64,000 nucleotides of DNA from the NCBI GenBank assembly GCA_905178155.1, contig CAJINV010000012.1:3059412-3123411 (forward strand), given 5' to 3'. The position numbers and the translations under genes were made by a program. This DNA is from Amoebophrya sp. A120. Lineage: Eukaryota > Protista > Dinoflagellata. Positions 37,182-51,100 of the stretch are shown piece after piece (positions within the stretch are counted from its first letter, which is position 1; each line of letters begins with the position of its first letter). The notes beneath the pieces are model-generated. The model ran no database searches. It worked only from the letters and a program-made list of their open reading frames with translations, and was not told where the DNA came from.

Positions 37182-40100
37182 ATGTCCTCCTGCCTCGCCG
37201 CCTGCCGGTCCAGCACGGCGAAATTTTCCCACGGTTTCCACCAAAAACTGTGCACCCAAGCCGTTCTCCGGCCCTGTTTGACCCTCTCGGTTATCATCTT
37301 CACGGTTATTTTCCTGACCACGCTCGCCTTCCTCACGAAAGCCGACTTTCCCGATGAGGATCAGCGATCGAAAGACTCCGTGGACATGTGGCGGGTCCGG
37401 GACAACGAAATTATGCGCACCGAAGACGCGTATTACTCCGCCCTGGGCCACCGAGCGCGGTGGGTTGAGGCAGAATCGCGGTTCGAAACGGAACAGGAAT
37501 ACATTGACTGGAGGGACAGCAAAATCCGGTACCCGTCTTATCCATTGTAGAAACAACGTCGATCCCCACTCCAATCTTGTCATGCCAAACTCGCAGACGC
37601 TTCTATCTTTGGTTGCATAGAAGCAGCGCTTACATCTTCTCGACTCTGGGGCGGGGAGAACGACGTGGGTTTTTCCACAGGATTCCATTCGGCACGACGT
37701 GAAAGAACTACTCTTCGGCCCAGCGCCCGTGCAGTCCTCGGAGCTCGGCGGCCGGACGCAGATTTACTATCGGTCGGTGGATCGTAGCCGCAAGATCTTT
37801 ACGCCGCAAAATTTGAAGGCGATGTGCCTACTGGAACTATGAAATGCAAAAATGTCTCTGGGTCTGGAAGAATCCGAAATTTGTTATGCTGTTTTTGCAT
37901 GACACAGAATGTCTGTCATGGAAGCCCTAGCATCACAGCTTTTTAGAGGCCCTCCTGGTGCCTATTCCGCATGACAAATGCCCTCCACGCGTAGCACAAA
38001 CCGGACTCCTCTTGCTGGTCATGCAATACAGAATTTTTTAGAGTGCAAAGTTAGCATCACAAGTTCCAACCTTCCAGACCCAGACATTTTTGCAATCGAT
38101 AGGAACGGGTGTGGCACGAGATTGGGAAACTGGGGGACAAAATATGCAGCGCAAGTATAATGTCTGGGTCGGGAAAAAATATTAAAGTGGAGCTTGTATT
38201 GCATGTGTTGCATTTTTAAAAGATCTGTATTGCACAGCCTGCAAATAAGGCTCCGCTTTTGCGGCATACAAAGACGCAGTTTGTCATGCGTGCTACGCAT
38301 CAGACTGCGTCAGGTAAACTTGTAATGCTTGGCTGCTGCACTTGAGAGCGCCAGGCTTATTCATACTTTAGCATCACAAGTTTCGTGCAGGCCCAGACAT
38401 ATGTGCATTTGATACAAAAGTAAATTCTACCAGTCCGGCGCACGGATCTCTCGCATGGTGCAAATCTACGCCGGGAATCTCTTAAATCGGCCGTTTACGT
38501 TTCCGATAACCGATTGCGACGTGACCGCGACCATGTCGCAACAGCAGGTGGACACGATTGTCAACAACGAAATCTACGCGAAGTACAATAGCGGCGACTA
38601 CGGGTACGGGTTTTTTCTCGACCGGGATTTTCCAACGAACGGCTACGCCGTGGCGACGCGGTCGGGTTTCTCGGGGTTGGACGGGGAAGACGAAATTGGC
38701 GGCGAGGGCTTGGACAAGCTGCAAGAATTTCTCGGGGTGGAAGACACCTTTTTCAATCCGAGATTTCTGTACGAGAAATGGTATATTCTGCCGAACAGCC
38801 ACGGGCAGGTCGAGGTGCGCATCATGGACCCACTCATGAAAGACGCGGCGGGGCAGGAGCTCGCGCTGGGTCGGGATTTGACGCTCGGACTGCCCCTGAC
38901 TTTCATCGCGGTGTGGGTCGTGGTGTACGTGCACACCGGCTCGCTTTTCTCCGCTTGTCTCGTGCTTCTTTTTGTCCTGTTCGCGATGATGGGTGGCTTT
39001 ATCGGGTACTATCTACTCGCCCGACTGGCTTACTTTGACTCCTTTCTGCAGCTGACGCTGTTCGTGATGCTGGCGGTCGGGGCGGACAACTTTTTTGTGA
39101 TGTGGGAGGCGGTCAAGATTGAAAAAGAGAAAGCGAACGTCGATGGGGAAAAGGAAATGAAAAAGGAGCATGATCTACTTCTTCAAGACCACAACTCCTC
39201 CCTTATGATCCAAAAGTCGGCGACAGTATTGAACAAGAAGTCCTCGTCTGCTTCATCTTCACCTCAGCACCAGCCACTTCCGAAGGCCATTTTGAACACG
39301 AAGAGCAGACGAAAAGTTTCGCTCTACCTGGCGCTACTTCGGGCGTCAAAGCGGGCGTCGGCGTCGATGTTTGAGACCAGTTTCACCACCGCCATGGCGT
39401 TTTTTTCCATGGTGATGTCCAAAGTCTCCCCCGTAGCGCACTTCGGGTTTTTCGCGGGCTTTATGATTGTGTCCGGCTACGTGCTAGCCGTCATCGCCTT
39501 TCCGCAGGTCATCGGCCTGTTCTACCTCCGTTTCGAAAAGGGCGGCCGCAGTTTTCCGGAGGTAGAGAACTCTGGTTCCGCGCCGGAGCAGGAGCAGAAC
39601 CAAAACAAATTCGGCGCTTCTACTACCGCTGCAGTTTCCGCCTGGGAGGAAGGGGACAAAGACGAGGACAGGAGCCTTGTTGAGACGAGAAAGCCAGACG
39701 CAACACTAGCAGACGCCAGTACAATATCGTACGAAAAAAGTGTTTCACTGTAAGGATTTTGCAAGTTTTGCATCACAAGTTTGTTCTGCATGACAGAGAA
39801 AATTTGCCATGCGAGATTTCCAAGGGAAAACACCGCTAAAAATCCATTGTCTTGCATGTGTAGCAAGACAAACACTTCTGAGATACATCTTCTGCATTAA
39901 AACAGTTTTTCCTTGCGATATACAACGAAGCCAGACCATGTGGAGGTGGAAGAAACCGTGACCAAGAATCCCGCGCACGAAGTAGCTGTTATGTATTGCA
40001 AATGTGTCTGGGTCTGGAAAGTCGTGAAGCCTGTATTGCTTGTCTTGGATTTTTCCTGTAAGATCTGTATAATGCATCATGATCAACAATCAAAAGGAGC

Positions 40101-43100
40101 CCTCTTATTTTGTCATGCACAAGCGCAGGAGTTTCTAATGCGCTCCACAACTACGCAGGAGGGGATGTCCGAAAAATTTGTCATGCTTGGATGCAGCTTA
40201 GGCAATCTTGGCCACCCAGCTTCCCAAGTTTCCAGACAACATCCAGGGATATTTGCATTCGATAGCTGTAGACGGAGAGGGAGAACACAAAGAACAAGCG
40301 GAGGATCAAGAACATCATCCTGTTGGTAAAACGGTCCCTTCTCGTTTGTACACTTCGATGACAAGTGTGCTGCAGCCGGACACAGTGCAGAATTCGTTGC
40401 ACAAGTTTTACAAATTTTTGACCAAGTACGAGAGGGAACTGAGGTTTTGCGCGAGCAAAGGGCAACCTGGTAGTTTTACAACTTCTACAACCGCCGTCAG
40501 TCCGAGGACCACTCCTTCGGCCTGTTTATCAACTGCAAAAATTTCTGGGTCTGGAAAGTTGGAACTTGTAATTCTGGCTTTACATTCCTGGGAAATCTGT
40601 ATTGCATAACCGACAAAAGCCGCAGCCATTGTTGTCATGCAAAAACGCAGTTCCTCATGACATGCGGGCTGCCTATGAGAAAGTGCTCCGGAAAGTTGTC
40701 ATGCTCGTCTGCATTTGGAAGTGTTTCCATCATGCACATTTTAGCATCACAAGTTTCCAGACCCAGACATATGTGCATTTGATACTGTTGCGCACAATAC
40801 AAGTTCTACCCGATCGCCCTAGCGATCGTCGTGGCAACAACGGCGTACTCCGTGTGGCTGCTGACGCTCATGCTGGACCTGCAGTCGCCGTCCAAGCCCT
40901 TTGAGTTTATGCCCGAGACGCACATGATGGTGGGTTTTCGGAAGGACGGCTAGTATGACACTGCACAACGCGACGTCGCCTTTCCCCTCGTTTGCACCGC
41001 AAAGCATGAGCAGCAATACAAACTGCACACGTGGAACCGGTGCGTCGTAAGTTCTTCATGCGCCGAGTGTTGTAGTAGTACTGTTAACAGTTGCATCGGG
41101 TGTCTTTGTCATGCAAAAGATGTTGCCACAAGACAGCCAGTAGATTTGGGATTTTGGTTTCTGTTTGGATAACAGATTTGAGGGGCAGTAGGGGACGGTG
41201 TCGTGCTCTCGCATAGCTACCAGATGTTTCTCAGTAGCGGGGGGAACCAGCAGTACCGGCCTGTGCACATCGTCTATGGCCTGAATGCCGACGAGCCGCT
41301 GCAGAACGCGGATGAGTTTTCCAAGTGGTTTATCCTGTGTCAAAACGTCCCCACCCCAGAGTTGTCATGCAGAATTGCAATCACAGGAAAATTTGTAATG
41401 CGCGTCCCCATGAGAGTCATTTCCAATCGTGTTATGCAATTTGTGACGCTGTAAACAGGAAAGCAGGATCGCTTCGTGATGCGGCGGTCCTTGCTAACCC
41501 GAAGTACAGAACAGAGGAATACTTGTCATGCGTGACTCCCAAAACTTCTGGATCTGTGTTGCAGAATTCCCATCTCTGTGGTGGGGACGTTTTTACACAG
41601 AATATGGTTCCCCTGGAAAACGAACGCGATTCCGAACTTTTACTTCTATCAAATGTAAAAATGTCTGGGTCTGGAAGATTGCAACTTGTGATGCTGCATT
41701 TGGATGCCTAAAAAATTTGTCTTGCATGCGCAGCAAACGGATTCTAATTTTTGCTACGCGGAGAGGGCATCTGTCATGCGGAATAGGCATCAAGAATCCC
41801 TCAAAAAACCTGTGATGCTAGGGCATGCATCACAGACATCTTGGCTCATGCAAACCGTGCATGACAAGTCTCAGCATCTTCCAGACCCAGACATTTTTAC
41901 GATCCATAACTTCGATAGCGACCCAGTTTCTGTTGGCGCGAACCCGAACCCCAACGTGGCGCAAACGAGGTCCGTCACGAACGTGCGCGCCGTGAGCCAC
42001 GTGCTGCGAGTCGGGGAGCGGCTGAAGCAAACGGCCTGCGCAGACCGGCCGATCTGCAAAAAGCGGCACGTGTCCGGGAAGCTGTTTGTGCCGGAAGCGA
42101 TGTCGTGCGGGATCCGGAACATGTTCAAGGTCAACTCGACCGCGCGGGACGATTTGGCCCTACCCAGGTTGGTCGGGGTGAACAACACCCCGGTGGCGAC
42201 TCCGGGACCGCTGGGGGTATCACATGCAAAAATGTCTGGGTCCTCTGGAAGATTGCGAGATTTGTCATGCTAGTCTCGCATGACTCTGCACTCTGTATTG
42301 CGTGGCCACCAAGAGGTCGGTCCTCTTGCCTGTCATGCAAAAGCGCAGTTTCTCATGCGAAATACGCAGCACAGAAACACAAAAAAACTTGTCATGCTTG
42401 GCGGCGCATGATTACAGAGCACTTTATTGTTCACGGACTTGCATCACAAGTTTCCAGACCCAGACATTTTTGCAGTTGAGAGGGGGCGCTGTATTACAAC
42501 GTACCGGACGCCGTTCTGTTCCCGCAACCGCCCTATTAACTGCAAATGTGTCTGGGTCGAGAAGGATCCAACTTGTGATGCTGTCTTTGGACGCTAAAAA
42601 AATCTGTATTGCATAGCCAGCAGGAGGAGTCCCGTTTGTGCTACGTGGAGGGGGCATTTCTCATGCGGGATAAGCATCAGGAGGCCCTGTAAAAATCTGT
42701 GATGCTAGGTCATGCATTACAGGCGTCATTGGTCTTCATGCAGAATATGCATGACAAACCTGGCAATCTTCCAGACCCAGACATATTTGCATTTCATACG
42801 CCCGCAATCTTCAACTACAGCGACCCGGCCGTTGTGCAGCACCCGTTCTTCCCCGCGCCTAACACATTACCCTATGCATTGCAAATGTGTCTGGGTCTGG
42901 AAGGATGCAACTTGTAATGCTAATTCCGGACTGTGAAAAGATCTGTGTTGCATGATTATCATATACAAGTTGTCCACTTGTTTTGATCAATGTGAGAGGA
43001 AGTTTCTCATGCAGGGTAGGCATGAGAAAGGTCTCGCCGAATCGGTCATGCTATGTCCTGCATGCAAGCCCTCATGGGTCATGGAAAATCTGCATCACAA

Positions 43101-45212
43101 GTCTTGCAATCTTCCAGACCCAGACATATTTGCATTTGATATACCCTCCGGGGAACCGATTTCCCTCACTAAACCCGCTTTCGTCGCGGAGGCGCACTAC
43201 CGCGCGCAAGACTTTTCGTGGTCGGAGCACGCGCGGCGCGCCAGTTTACTCACGGAGGAAATTGCGTTGCGGGAGCGGGAAGCGCAGCAAGATGCGAACT
43301 TGGCGGAGGTGGACTGGGTGGAGCTCTCCGACAGCCGACACCCCGGGGAAACGAATTTTAGCCGAAAGATTTTTACCTTCAACGAGACGTATTGGCGGAA
43401 TATCGACTTTAAACTGTACGCAACCACGGTGTTTGCGCCGGTGCTTTCCGGGGACGGGGCGGGGGTGTCGTTCAAGGAGATGGATAGTCTTTACCACGCG
43501 GTCCAGGACATTTTGGACGAGGAAAACCAACACGCACCCGCGGAACTAGGGAAAGCCGTGCAAATCGGCGACTACGGGTACTACGTACTCAACCTGGAAC
43601 TCCGCAACACGCTGTTCGGCGGCCTGCTGTTGATGATCCCGTTGTGCTTCGGCTTGCTCGTGCTCGCCAGCGGGAATGTGATCGTGTCCGTGCTCGCCAT
43701 TTACAACGTTTCCTTCCTAACCATGCAGGTGATGGGCTACTTCAAGCTCTTAGGCTGGGAGTTGGGCTTGCTAGAATCCCTCGCGGGAATCATCGTGATC
43801 GGACTGGCCATGGACTACACCCTGCATTTCTGCCACGTCTTTGTGGAGGCTGGGAAGATAAAGAAAGAACAAGTCGTATCCTGAGCAAAAACGTCCCCAC
43901 CCGCTAGTCAAGATGGGAAATCTGCTAGACAAATCGACAAGCTTTCGCTGTGGCGCATGACAAGTTTCCTCTCTTAGTGTAATCCTGTTTAGCTAGTTCA
44001 GCAGCATCACAGATCTAGCGATGCGTGCTGCTTGGAGCATCACAAATTACGAAACGCGACGAGACATCGCTTCTATCGGGGCTCAGCATGAGAAACATTT
44101 GCAGCATGCAGATTTGCATGACAGCTATGGGGTGGCGAGGTTTTTACATAGGATAAGGCGCATTGTATTCCGCCTCAACGCCGGCGTCAAACTTGGTCGA
44201 GGACCCCGATACGACCGACACGTTTGAGAAGCCCCGACGGGAGCAGCGCGTAGAGCACGCTTTCTTGTTTATGGGTCCGACCATCTTTGCCGGTTTTGTC
44301 ACCTCGGCCTCTGCCGGCCTGTTTCTGATGATCTTTAGCATCACCCCCTTTTTCAAGCAGATGGGCATCGCCATTTTCTTGACCATTTTGTATTAAAATG
44401 AAGAATCTCGATCTCCCCATATCAAAATGGAGATCTGTGATGCGGGATTTGTGTACAGAAATCGGCTACTTTGTCTTGCACTAGAGGACTGCAGGCAGGT
44501 GCGCAGCCTGAGGAGGGGCGTTTTGGTGTAGGTGCCTAGCAAGGCAGCCGGAACCTCTGTAGGCGATTGCAAATTTCTCGCACAAGAACGCGGCAGAGTC
44601 TGTGGACTTGCCTCCGTGCAATACAGAAACGATTAGTGGTTACAAATCAGCATCACAGCTATCCCTTTTTGGTATGGGGAGGGGGGCTCATTTTTCCTCA
44701 CAATATTTTGACTTCGGTTTACATGTCGCTGTGCTACCTGCCCTATCAAATGTAAAAATGTCTGGGTCTGGAAGATTCTGACACTTGTCATGCACGTTGT
44801 AGCCATGATGTCTGTGATGCATCCCCTAGCAATAAAGATTTTTTGAGGGCTTCTTGATGCGTATTCAGCATGGCAAATGCCTTCTCAGCGTAGCAAAGAC
44901 TGCCTTTCTTTTGGTACTCATGCAATACAGATTTTTTTAGAATCCAAAAGCAGCATGACAAGTTGGATTCTTTCAGACCCAGACATTTTTACATTTGATA
45001 TGCCCTGTCTGCTTTTGCTCTTCGGTCCAGAGCGACGCTTCGGGGATTTCAGCTACATGGGGGAGATTGTGGCAGAACGGGTCAGCGGCCGAGTTTCCAC
45101 CGTGAGTACGGGTAATGGTACCACTCCTGGAGGTGGTGGTCGTGCACCAGCAGCAGCAGAGGGTGCGTCGCCAGAGGATGCGCAGCCGGATGACGCGCAG
45201 CCAGCCGGGTAG
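37182..45212 (+). CDS. Dispatched/Patched-like RND sterol-sensing-domain membrane protein; 14 introners
   Basis: AVGADNFFV, ETSFTTAMAFF, IVIGLAMDYTLHF and GPTIFAGFVTS motifs in two multi-TM clusters. Confidence 0.88.
37539..37683. mobile_element. Degenerate short introner
   Basis: Imperfect TIR (ACGTCG..CCCC / GGGG..CGACGT); right boundary approximate. Confidence 0.6.
37838..38101. mobile_element. Introner family A
   Basis: DR GGAAC. Confidence 0.9.
38143..38414. mobile_element. Introner family A-like
   Basis: DR CAAAA. Confidence 0.85.
39725..39920. mobile_element. Introner family D
   Basis: DR TACAA. Confidence 0.85.
39990..40264. mobile_element. Introner family A-like
   Basis: DR GCTGT. 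Confidence 0.85.
40527..40784. mobile_element. Introner family A
   Basis: DR CTGTT. Confidence 0.9.
41331..41604. mobile_element. Introner family B
   Basis: DR TGGTT. Confidence 0.9.
41647..41908. mobile_element. Introner family A
   Basis: DR ACTTC. Confidence 0.9.
42218..42481. mobile_element. Introner family A
   Basis: DR GGGGG. Confidence 0.85.
42534..42798. mobile_element. Introner family A
   Basis: DR CGCCC. Confidence 0.9.
42873..43141. mobile_element. Introner family A
   Basis: DR TACCC. Confidence 0.9.
43877..44155. mobile_element. Introner family B
   Basis: DR AGTCG/AGGCG. Confidence 0.85.
44391..44705. mobile_element. Introner family C
   Basis: DR TTTTG. Confidence 0.85.
44744..45000. 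mobile_element. Introner family A
   Basis: DR TGCCC. Confidence 0.9.
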
Positions 45213-46050
45213 TAGAAGGGGGAGGAAAATGCGTGTTTCTGGTGATGGAGGAAAGAAATAAAAGAGAAATTTACTATTCGCGTTTTTTGTTTCGTACCCT
45301 GCGCGCTGTGCTAAGGAAAAGGAAGTAGAGAAGAACTGCGCGACCTCGTCGTGCTGACCGCCGCCGGCTTTTGGATCTAGTCTTAGTTGTCGGCACGGGG
45401 TCGGTAGTACGCCAAGGGGTATTACCGAAAAAGTCCTGATTTAATTGTACCGACGGTTATTTTATTCGATGAGTGTGATGTGGATCATCATCATCATCAT
45501 CATCAGTACAACAAAAAAACCTGTAGCGCGTGTTGTTTATGCATGGTACAAGATTGCGTTTTTCTTCTTGCACAAAAACGAGAAGATGGATGGTCTAAAT
45601 TGCTTTGAAGAAAAGCAATCTTCTTCTATCACTACAGAGGTACGTAGTGGAAGTACTAGACTAGAGTTGCTAGTGGAATACTGCAATGTACAGGTAGTAG
45701 AAGTTGTACTCGAAAAATCGGTTGCACGACGGCATCATTTGCAATTTCTTCCTGCGCGTGCAGGGGCGCACCGTAACAATCACACTCACTTCCATCGGTC
45801 CCGAGCAGCCTGTGTCATTTTCCTGCTCGCTGCTCTCGCATCCATTTTCGGTTTAGGAGCCTCCTGTGGAAATCTAATTGGTTTCATCGGAAGATTGGTG
45901 AATCTGCTTCTGCACTGGAGGGAAGGTAGCATAGATAACCTTATTGCAGCCAAATGTCACTACTAGAAGTTTTGATGCACCACCGAGCGAGACGATCTGA
46001 GAATAGATTGATACTGGAGAATGGGCGGCTTGTGATCTTGAAGCAGAAAG

Positions 46051-47791
46051 TATCCCACCAAAAAAATCGATCATACTCATACAGGGCCGCAAAAAGCCCA
46101 AAAATCGCTATTTTTTCAATTTTTTATTTTCAAAAATTTTTCGCGGTGTCCGGCAGACCCGGGCAGCCGCTTCTGTTTTGGTGCTCTTATGACGTAAATA
46201 TTGCGCGGCCTATCTTCTTTGGCTGCTTGGAGTAGTTTCGCTACTCCAGCAACTAAGAGGCGGCAGCAGGCCGAGTAGCTATGAGGAGGCGGATGCTACT
46301 CCAATAGGGCCGTCAGACAAACCACAAAGAAGATGGCGCAACTACTGGAGACCAATACCATTGCGCGGCCCTGTCCCATTGATTTCGTTGGCGTTATGGC
46401 CATGGGCCTGCATTTCTGGGCACATGCCGAGGAGCCCGATACCCCGCCTTGGCCTTACTTACCACCAGCTCCTCGTCGGGATTTTAACTGCTTTGCCCCC
46501 CCCCAGACCGGCAACGCCGTCCAATCTGGAGAGACTGCTCGCGCACTTTCTGGCCCCAGATGAGCTAAGGCAAAGTGGGCACATGATTGGCCTCGAAAAG
46601 ACGGCCATTGCATGCGGATCAAAAAAATCGATCATATCACTTTCGGGCGCCGGAGACCTCTTCCGGGCCGCCCCATCAGCGGAGTCGATTTGCTGAACTT
46701 CCACAGCTGAATTTGGCAAGATTTTCGCACTTTTTCGAAGTTCGAAAAAATGCCGATTTTCGATATGATCGATCGGCCTCAAAAAATGGCCGTTAGCTCG
46801 GTCCCAAAAAAATAGATCATACATTTTTGCGAGTATGATTAATGCCATTTTTTCACTTTTTTCAAATTTTCTAAAAGAAAATGGCAGCTTTTGGCATATG
46901 ATCAATTTTTTTGGGCCGCTGCTATGGTGAAAAATTTGCAAATTTACAGTTTTTGAAAAAACGCCAATCGCGGTGCTACGGCGCAGGTCAGCAAATATGA
47001 TCGATTCCGGACTCAGCTCGTGCTAAAAAAAATTGATCATACCGCAAAAGCTGTCAGCTTTTGCCGATTTTGCCACGTTTTGTTGGCCGTTTTTCCACGT
47101 TCTCCGCACTGAAAATTGCTGTTTGAGATGGCCTTTTTTGGTCCCGTCCCTGGTCGATCGCTCTGGCGGCGATCCTGTGGAGGCGTGCCAGAGGATGCCA
47201 CCGGAGGTCTGCCCAAGAACCCCAGAACGCCTCAAAATAGAAGGCCCAGCCCTTAGGCTTTTGCGCGGCCCCCAGCACAACCCATGCATGTTTGTCGCAG
47301 CACCGTCTCAGCGGGGCTAGAGCTGGCATCCTGAAGGCCATTCCTTTCCTCCTGGGCCGAGCATGTGCCAGGCTGCGTGGATCCTTTGCCTCCATCCATG
47401 TGACAGGCTTGGGAGCGGGAGTTATGAGAGACAAGCGCCCGACGGCGGGGCCGGTAGGTGAGGAGGGGCTTGGACCGGTAAGAGGGGGCCGGCAAGAGGC
47501 CGAAGAGCAGAGCCAGGACAATTGTCGCGGGCGACATATCCGCGCCAGTCGCCTCCTCGTAGCTAGTTGAACTACTACAGGCAGCCAGTCCAGAGCTCAG
47601 CAACGTTGCCGCCCAAGCAGAATGCTCCAGGCCTTACCTCCAAGCCATGCAAATTTTCCGCCGAAAAAGAAAAATCGCTGCCGAAATACAGGATTTTTGT
47701 TAAAAAAGCGCAGGCTTTTTTCAAAAAAGTAGCATTTTTTGTGTCTTGAATTCGGCCAAATATGAGTATGATCGATTTTTTTAGTGCGATA
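46051..47791. mobile_element. 1.74-kb non-autonomous TIR element, apparently intergenic
   Basis: TIR TATC.CAC.AAAAAAATCGATCATACTCATA / TATGAGTATGATCGATTTTTTTAGTGCGATA; DR GAAAG. Confidence 0.85.
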
Positions 47792-48153
47792 GAAAGTACA
47801 CGACGTAAAAGACCTCACTTGCAACCACCAGACTGCTGTACTTTTTTTAACCACGTGTGCGTGACAAAGAGTTTGTACTTTCCAGGTTTTGGTAGTATCA
47901 ACAGTTTTATTGGCTCGAAATAGATAGAAGCCGTAGTCTACTTCACCAGCGCACGAAAATCAGTTTACACTTTATTTCCCCTTTCACACAAGCACGTTTC
48001 CGACGATTTACGCGACTTTTCCGGCGGCTGTCTGTCAGTCGTGAGAGACTGTTTTCTTGAAAAGAACAACGCATTGGGAATAATATAAGAGCTACTTATA
48101 AACAAAAGGGGAAAATGGAGCATCAAAGGCAGGAACAAACAGAGGAGAGGGGG

Positions 48154-51100
48154 ATGAACAGCAAACCTGATGCGGGCGAACAGCAGATCTACTACTTCGG
48201 GTATGGGTCGAATATGGGCGCCAAGTCGCTGAAGGGCCGAAAATATCAAATGCAAATATGTCTGGGCCTGGAAGGTTGCAAGGGTCTTTATCATGCACAT
48301 TTTGCATGAGTGATGAGGTCTGTGATGCGCAGGTCCTAGCATCACAGATTTTTTGAGAGAGCTTCTTGATGCTTAGTTATCACGCATGAGAAATGTTGCC
48401 CTCTTCGCGTACCAAGAACTGAACTCCTCTGACTGCTCATGCAAGACAAATATTTGATAGAATCCGCAGGCAGCATCACAAGTTTTGCATTTCCTTAAAG
48501 ACCGAGACATATTTGCGCGCGATACAAAAATCCTTCGGGACTGCGAACCCGACCGAGAAAACGGGGGCTGCGTATCCCGTGTAAAAACGTCCCCACCCCA
48601 TAGTCATGTTGGGAACTCAGCAACACAAATCCACAAGTTCTGGGCGTCACGCGTGACAGATTTTGCGCTGTATTGGGGTGCAGGTTAGCAAGGACAGCCG
48701 CATCCCAAATCCATTTTTCTGTCGTGTATACAGCATTACATATGCCAAAACACAACTGAAGGTGCCTTTCACAGGGAGGCGCATTCCAAGTATTCCTGCG
48801 CTTGCAAAAAAGAAAATAATCTGCATGACAACTTTGGGGTGGGGACGTTTTTGTTTTTCCTTAGGATACTGAGTCGTGGTTCCCTACGATACGAATCTTT
48901 ATCAAGTGCAAATATTTCTGGGTTCGGAAGAAAATAGACATCTATGCTGCAGTTTTTGCACCTGCATAAAGCAAGGAGGTCTACTAGTATGCACATGGAG
49001 CAGCAACATGAGAAGTTCTGCGAAGTAGGCGTCTTCTTGATATGCACTCCTGCACCATGAAAAATCCCCACTCCTAGAGACAAGAGGAATCGCACTTCTG
49101 TTCTGGACTACGCAAGAACACAGATTTTGTTTGGCTGTTCCAGAAGCAGAATTGGCATCACAGGTCTGCACCTTTGCAGGAGACCCAGCTATGTTTGCAA
49201 CGTATAAGAATATTCGTGATGGTCATCTACCCGATTTGATTCCCGCCGGAGGTACGACAGCATCAAAAGCGAAGGACGGTGACGGAGTTGCAGCTGCAAC
49301 TGCAACAAGCGACCCTGACACACAACTTCTATCAAATGTAAAAATGTCTGGGTCTGGAAAATTAAAACTTGTCATGCTAAATCCGAATAATGCAAACATC
49401 TGTGTTGCATGAGTGCCAAAAGCTGTCCACTTTCGACCAAGTTGGGAGGGAGTTTCTCATGCGGGATAGGCATGGCAAGGACCTCACAGACTCTGTCATG
49501 CTAAAACCTGCATTCCAGACCTTATGGGACATGGAAAATCTGCATGACAAATCTCGCAATCTTCCAGACCCAGACAGTTTTACATTTGATAACTTCCTAA
49601 GCCAACCCATCGGACGGTGCCAGCCATCCTGAGGAACTACCAGTTGATATCAAAATGTGAAAAATTCCCCCTCTTCAGAGGCATCAACTGGAAATCTGTG
49701 ACGCGGGATTTGTGTAAGTACTTACACCGTTCAGCTTTGTCATGCAGTAGAGCACTTCTGCAGGCAGATGCCCACCCTGGGTAGAGCGGGGTTTATTTGC
49801 CGTAGGCGTGTAGTATGGTAGACGCTCCTTTCCCTGTAGGCCTAACAGCATCGCAAACGGCGCAAATTATAATGCAGCTGACCCTTTTGATTTGCCCTCT
49901 GGCAACATCAAGACAGTCATATCAAATCGACGGCGCAAATCTGCAAATCCGTGCTGTTTCCAGTCGAGGAGGGGGGATAATTTTTCCGCACGATAGTTGA
50001 CCTTTGACCTGCCCGGCTTCCCCCTGGCCGAGCTATCAAATGCAAATATGTCTGGGTCTGGAAACTTGTGATGCAAATCTACGAATTGTGGGCGCAGTAC
50101 AATATCAGCCCAGCATGACAAGTTTTTGCGCTGCTGTGTATTTCGTTTTTCGCATGACAAACTGCGTTTTTGCGCGACAGGCAAGAGGCCCTTTTCCTGC
50201 TTCTGTATCACGGTCTTGCTTCCAGACAAAACACCAGACATATTTGCAATTGATGCGAGCCCTCCTGGGCCAACATCCAGCGGGCGGAGAACGCGGAAAC
50301 GCAAGGAGTGTTGATTACGCTTTGCAAATATATCATCTGGGTCTGGACTTGTGATGCGAAACTTCCAGGACAAAAAGATCTCAGATCTTTCTGTGATGCA
50401 TGACGAGGAGTAATGGCGAGATTGATACTTCTCGTAGTGGAGGGCAGTTCGTGGTTCTAGTTCTAGACGCAACTGCGGTCGCAAGAAGCCACGGAATAAT
50501 TGTCATGCTGGTAAAAGAAGCGCCGCACAAGGGTACTAGCTTGTGCGTCGTACGAAGAGAGTAGACCACCATCCCATGACAAATTCGAATTGGCTGTGTC
50601 TTTCCGGACGCCCAGGGACGATATTTGCTTTCGATACTGATTATCAAATGCAAAAATGTCTGAGTCTGGAAGAGTGCAAACTTGTCATGCATGTTTTCCA
50701 TGCCCCCCGAGGTCTGCAATGCAGCACCTAGCATGAGAGGTTCTGCGAAGTCTCTATCATGTCTGTCCTGCATGACAAACTGCCGCCAATCTTGTTCAAG
50801 CGTGGACACCTTTGGGTGATCATGCAACACAAATTTTTGCACTATCCAGACTTAGCATGACAAGTTGCATCCTTCCAGACCCAGACATTTTTGCAACGCA
50901 TACTGATCGAGATGACCCGAAAAGACTTCGACGAGAAAATTGTGGCCACAGAGCACCAGGCGTATCAGGTCATCGAGGTCTCCTGTGAGGTCGATGTTGA
51001 GAACAATCCAGTTTTCTTATCATTTGTAAAACTTTTCGCACCCCAGAGTTGTCATGCAGATTCGCAATGACGGGAACATTTGTAATGCGCATCTCCATGA

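Noticed and set aside
45730-47950. Minus-strand gene spanning the 1.74-kb element (SLVVASEVFYVVYFLLQDHKPPIL)
   Set aside because: The frame is open across the empty site, but there is no start codon or homology; left unresolved
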